From the NCBI RefSeq assembly GCF_002733705.1, contig NZ_NVWP01000034.1: a DNA stretch of 64,000 nt. One strand, written 5' to 3'. Below are positions 38,021 to 47,809 of this stretch, in pieces. The stretch comes from Henriciella sp. (GTDB lineage Bacteria > Pseudomonadota > Alphaproteobacteria > Caulobacterales > Hyphomonadaceae). Each line of letters begins with the position of its first letter. Within the stretch, counting starts at the first letter, position 1. The notes under the pieces are model-generated. The model did not search any database. It was given only the letters and a program-made list of their open reading frames with translations, and had not been told where the DNA came from. The position numbers and the translations under genes were made by a program.

Positions 38021-39493
38021 CTACCACCACTTCTCCGGCTTTGCGACAAAGCCCGCAGCTTCTTCCAGCGCGCCTGCGACGCGGAAACAGGTTGTCTCAT
38101 CCAGCGCCTTGCCGATCACCTGAAGGCCAAGCGGCAGACCCTGACTGTCGAGCGCGGCGGGCACCGAAATACTCGGCAGTCCGGCGAGGTTTGCGGTCAC
38201 GGTGAAGATGTCATTGAGGTACATCTGCACCGGGTCGGCCTTCTCCCCATAGACAAAAGCCGCCGACGGACAGGTCGGGGTCAGGAGCGCGTCACATTTC
38301 TCGTATGCCTCAATGAAATCATTGAGGATTTTCTTTCGCACCTTCTGCGCGCGCAGATAATAGGCATCATAATAGCCCGATGAGAGCACATAGGTGCCAA
38401 TCATCAGGCGGCGCTGGACCTCTGCCCCGAAACCTTCGGACCGCGTACCTTCATAGGTCTTGATGAGGTTGTCACCCTGAACGCGTGCGCCATAGCGCAT
38501 CCCGTCATAGCGCGCGAGGTTCGAGGAGGCTTCAGCCGGCGCCACGATATAATAGGCCGGCAGCGCATATTTGGTGTGCGGCAGGGAGACATCCACGATC
38601 TCGGCGCCCTGCTCTTTCAGCCAGTCGATGCCCTGCGTCCACAGCGCCTCGATCTCTTCGGGCATATCATCCACGCGGTATTCTTTGGGGATACCGATCT
38701 TCATGCCCTGCACGCCGCGATGGACCGCGTCACGCCAGTTCGGCACCGGCTCCGGCAGGGAGGTGGAATCCTTGGCATCATGGCCGCACATCGCTTCCAG
38801 AAGGATGGCACTGTCCTCAACCGTCTTGGCGATGGGGCCGGCCTGATCCAGCGAAGAGGCAAAGGCGACCATGCCATAGCGGCTGGCGCGCCCATAGGTC
38901 GGTTTGATGCCCACCGTGCCTGTAAAGCTCGCTGGCTGACGGATAGAGCCGCCGGTGTCGGACGCCGTCGCGGCGAGGCAGAGATTGGCCGACACGGCTG
39001 TTGCAGACCCACCCGACGACCCGCCGGGGGTCAGCGTCTGGTTGGAGCCCGATCGCCGCCATGGGTTGGCAGGCGGCCCGAAACGCGATGTTTCGTTGGA
39101 GGAGCCCATGGCGAACTCATCCATGTTGAGCTTGCCGAGCATCACCGCGCCGCGGTCCCAGAGCTGCTGGGTCACGGTCGATTCATAGGTCGGGGTAAAC
39201 TCGCCCAGGATATTCGAGCACGCTGTCGTGCGCACGCCCTTCGTACAATACAGGTCCTTCACGCCAATCGGCGCGCCTTCGAGCGCCCGCGCCTCACCTG
39301 CCGCGATCTTCGCATCGGCGGCATCTGCCATTTCCAGCGCCTTTTCCGGTGTCTTCACGACATAGGCATTCAGCGTGTCGTTCGACGCTTCGATCTCCTG
39401 GATGAAGGCCTCGGTCAGTTCACGCGAGGAGAAGGCCTTGGAAGACAGCCCGTCGAGGGCTGCAGCAAGGGTGAGTTTCGGGAGGTCAGTCAT
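38021..39493 (-). CDS. gatA: Asp/Glu-tRNA amidotransferase subunit A
   Basis: [50 protein letters not shown]. Confidence 0.97.
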   Translation of the reverse strand: MTDLPKLTLAAALDGLSSKAFSSRELTEAFIQEIEASNDTLNAYVVKTPEKALEMADAADAKIAAGEARALEGAPIGVKDLYCTKGVRTTACSNILGEFTPTYESTVTQQLWDRGAVMLGKLNMDEFAMGSSNETSRFGPPANPWRRSGSNQTLTPGGSSGGSATAVSANLCLAATASDTGGSIRQPASFTGTVGIKPTYGRASRYGMVAFASSLDQAGPIAKTVEDSAILLEAMCGHDAKDSTSLPEPVPNWRDAVHRGVQGMKIGIPKEYRVDDMPEEIEALWTQGIDWLKEQGAEIVDVSLPHTKYALPAYYIVAPAEASSNLARYDGMRYGARVQGDNLIKTYEGTRSEGFGAEVQRRLMIGTYVLSSGYYDAYYLRAQKVRKKILNDFIEAYEKCDALLTPTCPSAAFVYGEKADPVQMYLNDIFTVTANLAGLPSISVPAALDSQGLPLGLQVIGKALDETTCFRVAGALEEAAGFVAKPEKWW

Positions 39494-39660
39494 CTGGCAA
39501 TGATCCACATACAGAGGTTTGCGCCTTCGTATGCTGGCCCGGCTCGAGGTTTCAAGCCCCGTCTACTGAAAGGCCGCACATGAAATTTTGCGCGTGTGAG
39601 CTAAATACGTGTAATATCACGCATAGTCTCCCGCTCGGGTTGTAAATCAACAGGAGGAAA

Positions 39661-40119
39661 ATGATGAAACGTTCCCACATCCTGACCGCCCTTCCCGCGC
39701 TGGCCTTGATGGCCGCAGCAGCCTGCACGACATCCCCGCAACAGGATTCAGAGGCGGAGGCTGAGAATTGGCGGACCGATGCGCGTCTCGGCGAACAGGT
39801 TGACCGGATTTGCTTTGCATCCGCTGTCGATGACTTTCAAATGACGACGCGGCGGAGCGTCGTGGTCGAGCGCGGCGTCAATGATCACTACCTGATCGAG
39901 ACCATGGGAAACTGCCAGGATCTGCGTAACGCTCTGTCGATGTCTTTCGATACGTTTCCGGGCTCAAGCTGTATCAGCAAGGGCGACAGCATCTACGCCT
40001 ATGACAGCCTGTTTGGCCCCGACCGGATGGACATTCCGCCAATCCGTTGCCCTATTAAAGCAATCTATAGATGGAGCGAAGATGCTTCTGATCAGGACGC
40101 GACAGCCGAAGAAAGATAA
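39661..40119 (+). CDS. Cys-rich lipoprotein, paralogue 1 (resembles DUF6491)
   Basis: GGAGG RBS; lipobox-like AAAAC; RLGEQVDRICF...YLIET..NC..L...SC...RCPIKAIYRW. Confidence 0.75.
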   Translation: MMKRSHILTALPALALMAAAACTTSPQQDSEAEAENWRTDARLGEQVDRICFASAVDDFQMTTRRSVVVERGVNDHYLIETMGNCQDLRNALSMSFDTFPGSSCISKGDSIYAYDSLFGPDRMDIPPIRCPIKAIYRWSEDASDQDATAEER

Positions 40120-40334
40120 CGGCGCGAGTCCAGACTGCCCCCAAGGTTTGCCGGCCGAAAATGTCCAGAAAGCCTGGATCGCAGTCGTCGAGTGCGGGCG
40201 TTTTTAATCCCGCGCCAAAAGCTCCACATGGAAGCCAGACCAATATTGTGGCTTGCAGTCGTTTGACCGCAACCGGTAATGGCGATACATTCTAGCTTCA
40301 GTTGCAAAACTATCCCTTAGCCAAGGAAGTTGCC

Positions 40335-40784
40335 ATGTCTCCAAATACCTTCGCTGCCACACTTGCAAGCGCCGCTGGATTAACTCTCCTAGCACTTCCC
40401 TCGCATGCCGATGACGCGGGCACACAAGTCAGTGCACTTCAAGACGGCCGTCTTGGCGAACAGGTCGATCAACTTTGTATCAATGCCAAAGGCTTCAACT
40501 TCCGCGACATGACAGATCGGACGGTTATCATCGAAACCGCCGGCGAGGACTTCCTTGTGGAAACGGTCAAGAAATGCGGCAATCTTTCCACCGCCAGAAA
40601 TCTCTACGTTCATTCGGAGCAGAGAAATTCCCGATGCATCAAGGCGAGCAATTTGCTTGTGGCGGAAGCGCCCTTTACTTACTCTACATTTATTCCTTCG
40701 GAGTCTCGTAGCAGTCATTGCCGGATCGGATCCATCTATGAATGGAACGAAGACGCCTTAGAAGCTTCGGAAGCCAGTTCATAA
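40335..40784 (+). CDS. Cys-rich secreted protein, paralogue 2 (resembles DUF6491)
   Basis: Signal peptide; RLGEQVDQLCI...FLVET..KC..L...RC...HCRIGSIYEW. Confidence 0.75.
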   Translation: MSPNTFAATLASAAGLTLLALPSHADDAGTQVSALQDGRLGEQVDQLCINAKGFNFRDMTDRTVIIETAGEDFLVETVKKCGNLSTARNLYVHSEQRNSRCIKASNLLVAEAPFTYSTFIPSESRSSHCRIGSIYEWNEDALEASEASS

Positions 40785-40880
40785 GTCAGACCCAAAAAAA
40801 GCTTATCATTGAAAAGCTCAAACGACTTAGCTTTTGATTGGGTCCTAGTTTTTGCAGCTCTACACAAGAAGGAGTTTCTC

Positions 40881-41318
40881 ATGAAACTATTTGCGATGAT
40901 CGGTGCAGCGTCCTCTGCCACGTTCTACTTTGGAGCCGCAGCGATCGCTGAAGCGCCAACTTTGGGACCCGCTGATTACCTCAACGACGTCCGTCTCGGA
41001 GAGAAGGTCGACCGCATCTGCTTTCGCGATCAGGTCGATGATTTTCGCGAGGGCACCGAAAGCACTATCATCCTGGAACGAGGCGCCAAGGATTACCTCG
41101 TAGAGACCGAGGAACCTTGCGGTGAGCTTGATGGAGCCCAAACGCTTTCCCTGAACAACGCATTCTCAAGCGGACGGTGCATTACCACTCACGATCAATT
41201 CTATGCGTCCCAGAACCGGTTTAGCAGCGTGGGCGATACGTCAGATCTTTGCCGGATCAAAGCGATCTACAGGTGGAATGAAGACGCACGAGTGCAAGAT
41301 GGCGAATCCATAGGCTAG
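40881..41318 (+). CDS. Cys-rich secreted protein, paralogue 3 (resembles DUF6491)
   Basis: AGGAG RBS; signal peptide; RLGEKVDRICF...YLVET..PC..L...RC...LCRIKAIYRW. Confidence 0.75.
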   Translation: MKLFAMIGAASSATFYFGAAAIAEAPTLGPADYLNDVRLGEKVDRICFRDQVDDFREGTESTIILERGAKDYLVETEEPCGELDGAQTLSLNNAFSSGRCITTHDQFYASQNRFSSVGDTSDLCRIKAIYRWNEDARVQDGESIG

Positions 41319-41341
41319 TCGCCTGAAATCCCGCCTTATCC

Positions 41342-41380
41342 ACCCCCGCAGAAGCCTATGGCTCTGCGGGGGTTCTTTTT
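41342..41380 (+). terminator. intrinsic terminator after the paralogue triplet
   Basis: ACCCCCGCAGA-N10-TCTGCGGGGGT followed by TCTTTTT. Confidence 0.88.
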
Positions 41381-41382
41381 GC

Positions 41383-41670
41383 CTATTCCACAGCCTTGGG
41401 AACAACGAAGAAGCCGTCTTCGCTCTTTGGCGCATTCGCCAGGACCTGGTCCTGGATATTGCCATCGGTCACGACATCGTCGCGCATCGGCAGTGTGGCC
41501 TCGACAACGGACGTCATCGGCTCGACGCCCTCTACATCGACCTCATTGAGCTGCTCAATCCAGCCCATGATTGCCGACAGCTCATTTGCCAGCGGCTCAA
41601 GCCGGTCTTCGCTCACGGCGATGCGTGAGAGGCGGGCAACCTTGCGGACGTCTTCCTTCGTGACACTCAT
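41383..41670 (-). CDS. gatC: Asp/Glu-tRNA amidotransferase subunit C
   Basis: MSVTKEDVRKVARLSRI, EQLNEVDVEGVEPM, NAP...DGFFVVPKAVE. Confidence 0.96.
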   Translation of the reverse strand: MSVTKEDVRKVARLSRIAVSEDRLEPLANELSAIMGWIEQLNEVDVEGVEPMTSVVEATLPMRDDVVTDGNIQDQVLANAPKSEDGFFVVPKAVE

Positions 41671-41750
41671 GAGCGCTCTCTCCAATCGACAGAAGCGTGC
41701 GATACGCGCTAGGCAGGTCAAATTCAAGAGACGGGGGCACCGCACATTCC

Positions 41751-42209
41751 ATGGCAATCACCGATCTCTTCGATCTTCCCCCGTCCGGGCCGCTTGTCGG
41801 TATAGACCCCGGCTCGAAGACGCTCGGGATTGCCGCGTGCGACGCAGGCCGTCTGATCGCCTCACCGGTGGAAACGATACGGAAGGGCCGCAAGCTCGCC
41901 CCCTCGCTGGACCGCCTGTTCGAGATTATGGACCAGCGGCACACCGTGGGTCTCGTGATTGGCCTGCCTCTGAACATGGATGGCAGCGAAGGTCCGCGGG
42001 CGCAGTCCGCACGGGCGCTGGCCCGCAACATCATCGCCCGGCGCGACATTCCCATCGCCTTTCAGGATGAGCGCCTCTCCAGCTCGGAGGCTGAGCGGGC
42101 CATGATCGCGGGCGACCTGTCGCGCGCACGCCGCGCAGAGCTGATCGACGCCTCAGCGGCCGCGATCATCCTGCAGACAGCCATCGACCGCCTGGCCAAC
42201 GCCTCATGA
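41751..42209 (+). CDS. ruvX: Holliday junction resolvase-like RuvX/YqgF
   Basis: GIDPGSKTLGIA, GLPLNMDGSEGP, DERLSS, IDA.AA.IILQ. Confidence 0.93.
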   Translation: MAITDLFDLPPSGPLVGIDPGSKTLGIAACDAGRLIASPVETIRKGRKLAPSLDRLFEIMDQRHTVGLVIGLPLNMDGSEGPRAQSARALARNIIARRDIPIAFQDERLSSSEAERAMIAGDLSRARRAELIDASAAAIILQTAIDRLANAS

Positions 42210-43132
42210 GCGCCTTTCTGGCCGCCCTCGTCCCGGTCATCCTGATCACGGCGCTGGGCCGCTTTCTTGGCTGGCGAAAAACTCTCCCGGACGATGGCTG
42301 GCGCGCAGTCGAGCGGCTGGCCTATGTCGTTCTCTTACCGGCTCTCATCATCCGCGCGCTTGCCAATGCCCCTTTTGAAGAGGCGCCATGGGCGCTCATG
42401 GCCGTCCTGATCGGTGCGCAATGCCTGCTTGGCGCCGTCGGAATTCTGGCCCGCGTCTGGCCAGGCATCCGGCGCCCCGAAATCGGTACGATCATCCAGT
42501 CCAATGTCCGCTGGAACACTTTCGTGGCCCTCTCCATCGGTAGCGCCCTCTTTGGTGAAGAAGGTCTTGCGCTTGTCTCTATCGCGGCTGCGGCCATGAT
42601 CCCCACCGCCAACATATTGAGCGTCACCGCCCTCACCGCTCACGCAGAGCGAGATGGGCTGCCAAAACGGAACCCGGTTACAGAGCTTGCCCGCAATCCG
42701 CTCATCATCGCCTGCCTCATCGGCGGCGCGCTTGCTGCATTCGACATCGCCATTCCGGAACTGCTCGAGCTCACCATAGATCTTCTGGGTCAGGGCACGA
42801 TTGCGCTTGGCCTTCTCGCAGCCGGGGCTGGGATGGATATCGCCGCGCTTGGCGGGGCGGGGGTAAAGACAGTCACCTGGTCTATGGTACGGCTTGTCGG
42901 GCTACCCTTGATCGCGATTGCCGGGGCGCTTCTGCTCGGCGTTACCGGCATTCCGCTTGCGATTGCCGTGATCAGCGCCTCGGTGCCGACCGCGACCAGC
43001 TCCTATATCCTGGCGCGTCAGCTTGGCGGAGACGCACCGCTCGCGGCCAATCTCATCGCCATGCAGACCGTGCTTTCCATGGTAACGATGCCGCTCATCT
43101 GGTTCGCCTGTCTCAGTCTTGGGCTGTTCTAG
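42206..43132 (+). CDS. AEC (auxin efflux carrier) family transporter
   Basis: Multi-TM; ERLAYVVLLPAL, NPLIIAC, PTATSSYILARQLGGD. Confidence 0.88.
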   Translation: MSAFLAALVPVILITALGRFLGWRKTLPDDGWRAVERLAYVVLLPALIIRALANAPFEEAPWALMAVLIGAQCLLGAVGILARVWPGIRRPEIGTIIQSNVRWNTFVALSIGSALFGEEGLALVSIAAAAMIPTANILSVTALTAHAERDGLPKRNPVTELARNPLIIACLIGGALAAFDIAIPELLELTIDLLGQGTIALGLLAAGAGMDIAALGGAGVKTVTWSMVRLVGLPLIAIAGALLLGVTGIPLAIAVISASVPTATSSYILARQLGGDAPLAANLIAMQTVLSMVTMPLIWFACLSLGLF

Positions 43133-43186
43133 CACTTGCCCGCCACTGGAATCGTGCCTAAACCGCCGAAAATCGAGAGGCAGCGC

Positions 43187-44134
43187 ATGTCCATTCCGGG
43201 CTATAGCTACAAGTTCAGTCACGAGCACCTGTTGAGCATTGAGGACCTGTCCCGGCTCGACATCGAACACATTCTCGACCTCTCAGAGGAATTCGCTGAA
43301 GCGACGCGTGCCGGCAAGCGGCCTGAGCCTCATCTTAAGAACATGACGGTGATCAATCTCTTCTTCGAGAATTCGACCCGGACCATGTCCAGCTTCGAGA
43401 TCGCCGCGAGACGCCTTGGCGCCGACGTCATTGCCATGCCGGTCGCGCAATCAAGCGTGAAGAAGGGCGAAACGCTGATCGATACGGCCATGACGCTGAA
43501 TGCGATGGCGCCTGACGCCATCGTCATCCGCCATTCTGCGTCGGGCGGGGTGAAGCTCCTCTCGCGCAAGGTGGACTGCGCCGTCATTAATGCCGGGGAC
43601 GGCACCCACCAGCATCCGACACAGGGCCTGCTCGACACGCTGACCATAAGGCGGGCCAAGGGACGGATCGAAGGGCTGAAAGTCACCATATGCGGCGACA
43701 TCCTGCATTCGCGTGTTGCCCGGTCGACCACGCTGGCGCTGCATCTGCTTGGAGCAGAGGTCACACTCTGCGGGCCCGCAACACTTCTGCCATCGGGCAC
43801 GGAACATTGGGGCGCGGCGCGCACGACCCATCACTTCGATGAAGCCATTGAGGGCGCCGATGTTGTCATGATGCTGCGCCTCCAGATGGAGCGTATGAAT
43901 GGCGGCTACCTTCCGAGCCAGCGCGAATACTTCCGTAATTTCGGTCTCACCAAGGAACGCCTTTCCCGCGCCGCCCCCGATGTCACCGTGATGCATCCCG
44001 GCCCGATGAATCGCGGCATCGAGATCGAGAGCGCCATCGCGGACGGCGAACATTCGGTCATCACCCAGCAGGTCGAGATGGGCGTTGCCGTGCGCGAGGC
44101 GGTCCTCAAACTCCTCGCCGGGAGGCGCGTATGA
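43187..44134 (+). CDS. pyrB: aspartate carbamoyltransferase catalytic subunit
   Basis: [50 protein letters not shown]. Confidence 0.97.
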   Translation: MSIPGYSYKFSHEHLLSIEDLSRLDIEHILDLSEEFAEATRAGKRPEPHLKNMTVINLFFENSTRTMSSFEIAARRLGADVIAMPVAQSSVKKGETLIDTAMTLNAMAPDAIVIRHSASGGVKLLSRKVDCAVINAGDGTHQHPTQGLLDTLTIRRAKGRIEGLKVTICGDILHSRVARSTTLALHLLGAEVTLCGPATLLPSGTEHWGAARTTHHFDEAIEGADVVMMLRLQMERMNGGYLPSQREYFRNFGLTKERLSRAAPDVTVMHPGPMNRGIEIESAIADGEHSVITQQVEMGVAVREAVLKLLAGRRV

Positions 44135-45402
44135 GCCGCACGCTGATCACCAATGCCCGCCTGCTCTGCCCGGCTGCGGGCCTTGATGAGCCAGGCAGCC
44201 TTCTCATTGAGAATGGCGAGATCGCCACCATCGGCGATGTTTCGGGGGCGGCCGAAACGACGATCGACGCTCAGGGACTTTGCCTCGCGCCGGGCCTCAT
44301 CGACCTTCGCGTCAAGACGGGGGAGCCCGGCGCCGAGCAACGTGAGACACTTGAGACAGCCTCCCGCGCCGCTGTCTCAGGCGGGGTCACCACAATGGTG
44401 GTCATGCCCGATACCAATCCAGTCATCGACGATGTCGCCCTTGTCCAGTTCATCGCCAATCGTGGCCGCGAAACGTCGAAGACGCGTGTCTATCCCGCTG
44501 CGGCACTGACCATGGGCCTCAAGGGCGAGGCAATGTCAGAGATCGGCCTCATGCAGGGCTCGGGCGCCGTCTTCTTCACCAATGGCGACTGGCCGGTCGC
44601 CGACACCTCTGTTCTACGCCGCACAATGGCCTACGCGGCCAGCTGCGACGTCATGGTGGCAAGCCGCGCCGACACCCATGCGCTATCGGCACGCGGTGTG
44701 ATGAATTCCGGCGCCCGTGCCGCCCGTATGGGCCTTACCGGCCTGCCACGCGAAGCAGAATGGATCGGCCTTGCCCGCGACCTTCTCCTGGCAGAGGCCA
44801 CGGGCTGCCGTCTTCTGGTCGATCAGGTCTCGACGGGGCGCAGCCTCGACATGATCCGCGACGCGCGCGAGCGCGGCGTCGAGGTCTATGTCAGCGTCGC
44901 CGCCCACCATCTGTTTTTCAATGAGACCGATGTCGGCGACTATCTCACCTACTGCAAGGTGAACCCGCCTTTCCGGAGCGAGGAAGACCGCCAGGCCCTG
45001 ATCGAAGGTCTGGCCGCAGGTGAGATCGACGCCGTCGTTTCCGCGCATGACCCTCAACCCCCAGAAGAAAAGCGCCTGCCATTCGGAGAAGCTGCGTTTG
45101 GAGCGGCAGGCCTTGAGACCGTGCTCTCTGCCCTGCTCGCGCTGGTGCAGGATGAGCGGCTTGGCCTGCTTGACGCCTTGCGGTCAGTGACCGCCGCGCC
45201 CGCAAGTCTTATCGGCGTCCCGCAGGGTCGTCTCGCGGCGGGCCTGCCGGCGGACCTCATCCTGTTCGATCCGGAAAAGCCCTGGTTCTGCGAACGTGAG
45301 AACCTTCTCTCCCGCTCAGTGAATTCCCCATTCGACGGGCGGCGCATGGTCGGCCGTGTGATGCACACGCTTGTTGGCGGTGAAACGGTCTTTCAACGCT
45401 AA
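44131..45402 (+). CDS. pyrC: dihydroorotase-like protein, probably inactive PyrC'
   Basis: Amidohydrolase fold (GEPG, AA..GG.TT, KVNPP.R), but DLRVK replaces DxHxH and SAHDP replaces SDHAP. Confidence 0.85.
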   Translation: MSRTLITNARLLCPAAGLDEPGSLLIENGEIATIGDVSGAAETTIDAQGLCLAPGLIDLRVKTGEPGAEQRETLETASRAAVSGGVTTMVVMPDTNPVIDDVALVQFIANRGRETSKTRVYPAAALTMGLKGEAMSEIGLMQGSGAVFFTNGDWPVADTSVLRRTMAYAASCDVMVASRADTHALSARGVMNSGARAARMGLTGLPREAEWIGLARDLLLAEATGCRLLVDQVSTGRSLDMIRDARERGVEVYVSVAAHHLFFNETDVGDYLTYCKVNPPFRSEEDRQALIEGLAAGEIDAVVSAHDPQPPEEKRLPFGEAAFGAAGLETVLSALLALVQDERLGLLDALRSVTAAPASLIGVPQGRLAAGLPADLILFDPEKPWFCERENLLSRSVNSPFDGRRMVGRVMHTLVGGETVFQR

Positions 45403-45406
45403 GGCA

Positions 45407-45982
45407 TCAACGTGCAAGCAGCGCCAGGAGGCGGGCTTCCAGCGCGACAAGGTCAACGCTCTTACCCCGGGCCAGAATATCGAACTCCACACCGCGGCAG
45501 TAACGCACCAGCAGGTCGACAGCGTCCTGCGGCGTAGGATGGCCAAGCCGCTCGAGCGTGCGCACCAACCTTACCGGTAACAGTCCTGCCCAGTCGCTGA
45601 CTTCACGCTGGAGGAGCTCGTCGCGCTGCGCATAGGCGATCATCGCATATTCGATCCGCGCAAGCTCCGCACGGTCCGGATCGGTCGCAATCAACATCAT
45701 CAGAAACTGCACGACGTCACGCTCTGAAGACAGCGGGCGCGCGGTCAGCGCCCCGTCCAGACCGGCTTCATAGTCTGCCATATAGAGGCGAAATGCGTCC
45801 GCGAGCAGCGCGTCTATCGTGTCGAAATGATAGGTGATGGTGCCGGGCGAGACGCCGGCCTGCGAAGAAACGAGGCGATGCGTGATACGGTCAGCGCCCC
45901 AGTCCGGGACAAGATCGAGCGTCGCCTGGAGAATTTTCTCCCGCGCGGGCACATCCTCAAGGGGGTCGCTCTGGCCTGCCAT
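45407..45982 (-). CDS. TetR family transcriptional regulator
   Basis: REKILQATLDLV...ITHRLVSSQAGVSPGTITYHF HTH; start at ATG 45982. Confidence 0.88.
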   Translation of the reverse strand: MAGQSDPLEDVPAREKILQATLDLVPDWGADRITHRLVSSQAGVSPGTITYHFDTIDALLADAFRLYMADYEAGLDGALTARPLSSERDVVQFLMMLIATDPDRAELARIEYAMIAYAQRDELLQREVSDWAGLLPVRLVRTLERLGHPTPQDAVDLLVRYCRGVEFDILARGKSVDLVALEARLLALLAR

Positions 45983-46016
45983 GACGGGATCAGCGCTAGT
46001 CCATATAGGCAAAGCG

Positions 46017-46024
46017 ATGGTTAA
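46017..46024 (-). promoter_or_regulatory. CtrA half-site TTAACCAT
   Basis: ATGGTTAA on + = TTAACCAT on -, in the tetR / plsY-dprA divergent region. Confidence 0.4.
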
Positions 46025-46130
46025 GATTGCTCGCACGAGAACCCGTATGGTCCGTCCGCCCGCCTTGACCTCGCCGCAAGACGCGCACACAAGACCCGTC
46101 CGCCTCAAGGCTTCAACCGGGACGAGACAT

Positions 46131-46739
46131 ATGGACGGGTTCCCCTTTATCATCGCAGCGCTCGGCGGCTATCTGCTGGGCTCCATCCCCTTCGGCCTGT
46201 TCATCACGCGGGCTGCCGGGCTCGGCGATATCCGCCAGATCGGCTCTGGTAATATCGGCGCGACAAATGTCCTTCGCACCGGCCGCAAGGATCTGGCCCT
46301 CGCTACCCTGCTTCTGGACAGTTTCAAGGCCGGCCTTGCCATTCTCGGCTTCGCGCTCCTCTTTGGAGACCGCAATGTCGGTCTGATCGCTGGGGTCTTT
46401 GCCTTTCTCGGCCATTGCTATCCCGTCTGGCTGCGTTTCAAGGGCGGCAAGGGCGTCGCGACCTATGCCGGCCTTCTTCTGTTTGCCTCCTGGAAAGGCT
46501 TCCTGGTCGCTGCGCCGATCTGGCTTGCTGTCTTTTTCCTCTCGCGCATCTCGTCACTCGCCGCCCTGACCGCAGCCCTGCTCGTGCCCATCGGCGCCTG
46601 TTTTCTCGGTGAGACGCCGTTTGCCGTGGGCGTCCTCGCAGCGTTGAGCGTCCTTGTCTTCTGGACGCACCGGGCAAACCTTGTCCGCCTTCTGAAAGGT
46701 ACCGAACCGCGCTTCGGACAGAAGAAAGACGCCGGATGA
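46131..46739 (+). CDS. plsY: glycerol-3-phosphate acyltransferase PlsY
   Basis: YLLGSIPFG, GSGNIGATNVLR, GHCYP..L.FKGGKGVAT, HRANL.RL..G.E. Confidence 0.96.
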   Translation: MDGFPFIIAALGGYLLGSIPFGLFITRAAGLGDIRQIGSGNIGATNVLRTGRKDLALATLLLDSFKAGLAILGFALLFGDRNVGLIAGVFAFLGHCYPVWLRFKGGKGVATYAGLLLFASWKGFLVAAPIWLAVFFLSRISSLAALTAALLVPIGACFLGETPFAVGVLAALSVLVFWTHRANLVRLLKGTEPRFGQKKDAG

Positions 46740-47809
46740 GTAGCGCCTTCGGGGACGCCGCGCGCCTCGCCTGGCTGGCCCTCGCCCGTGCCCCGCAGGT
46801 TGGTCCCGTTACATTTTTCCAGCTACTTGCCCGGTTTGGGTCGCCCGAGGCGGCGCTGAGAGGCGTGCCCTCGATCCGCCCTGACATGGATGCAGCAAGA
46901 CGCGAGCTGGAGGCGACACATGAAGCTGGCGGAAGGCTTCTCTATGCCGAAGATGACGCCTACCCGGCCGCCCTGGGCGAGCTCTCGCCGCCACCCCCTG
47001 TCCTGACGGTTTTCGGCGACGCCGCCCTCTTTCAGCGCTCCGCTGTCGCGATAGTAGGTGCACGCGACGCGTCTGCGGCAGGGCGGCGGATGGCGCGAGA
47101 GCTCGCCAGCGCGCTTGGCGAGGCCGGCCTTGTGATTGCCTCCGGTCTTGCCCGCGGCATTGATGGCGAGGCGCATGCCGCCAGTCTCGATACCGGAACG
47201 ATTGCGGTTCTCGCCGGTGGCGCCGATCAGGTCTATCCGCCGCAGCATGGAGACCTCTATGCCGCCATCCGCGAACGCGGGCTCATCGTCTCCGAGCGTC
47301 CTCTGGGCCGCCGCGCGACCGCGCAGGACTTTCCCCGGCGCAACCGGATCATTACCGGCCTGTCTGTCGGCACTGTCATCGTGGAAGCGGCAGAAAGGTC
47401 GGGGTCGCTCATTTCCGCCCGCATGGCCGGCGAGCAGGGACGAGAGGTCATGGCTGTGCCAGGCTCGCCGCTCGACCGCCGCGCCGCCGGCACCAACAGG
47501 CTGCTGCGCGAGGGCGCGACACTGATTCGTCATGGCGAAGACGTGCTGGAGGCGATTTCCAGTCAGATCGGTGTATCCAGTACCGGCTTTCATCCTGTCC
47601 TGCCACTCGACCCACCTGACCGCCCGGATGTGGAAGATACCGGCCTTCCTGCGCGGATCCTTGAAGCGCTTTCTCCGACGCCACTTCCAATCGCAGAAAT
47701 TGCTCGCGCAAGTGGCTGTAGCGCCCGCCAGTGCGCCGCCTGCCTGATGGAGCTTGAACTGGAAGGCCGTGCCCTCACTCATACGGGTGGGCTGGCGTCC
47801 CGGGTCTGA
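46736..47809 (+). CDS. dprA: DNA-processing protein DprA
   Basis: VAIVGAR, IASGLARGIDG.AH, FPRRNRII.GL, VEAAERSGSLISA, AVPGSPLD. Confidence 0.95.
   Translation: MSSAFGDAARLAWLALARAPQVGPVTFFQLLARFGSPEAALRGVPSIRPDMDAARRELEATHEAGGRLLYAEDDAYPAALGELSPPPPVLTVFGDAALFQRSAVAIVGARDASAAGRRMARELASALGEAGLVIASGLARGIDGEAHAASLDTGTIAVLAGGADQVYPPQHGDLYAAIRERGLIVSERPLGRRATAQDFPRRNRIITGLSVGTVIVEAAERSGSLISARMAGEQGREVMAVPGSPLDRRAAGTNRLLREGATLIRHGEDVLEAISSQIGVSSTGFHPVLPLDPPDRPDVEDTGLPARILEALSPTPLPIAEIARASGCSARQCAACLMELELEGRALTHTGGLASRV

Noticed and set aside
39501-39509. TGATCCACA (Caulobacter G-box-like DnaA site) before gatA
   Set aside because: It overlaps the likely gatA ribosome-binding region, is a single copy and has no functional rationale; likely chance.
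40140-40160. GGCAAACC on the minus strand suggesting a c-di-GMP-I riboswitch
   Set aside because: The downstream GAAA-loop stem and GACGCAAAGC elements are absent.
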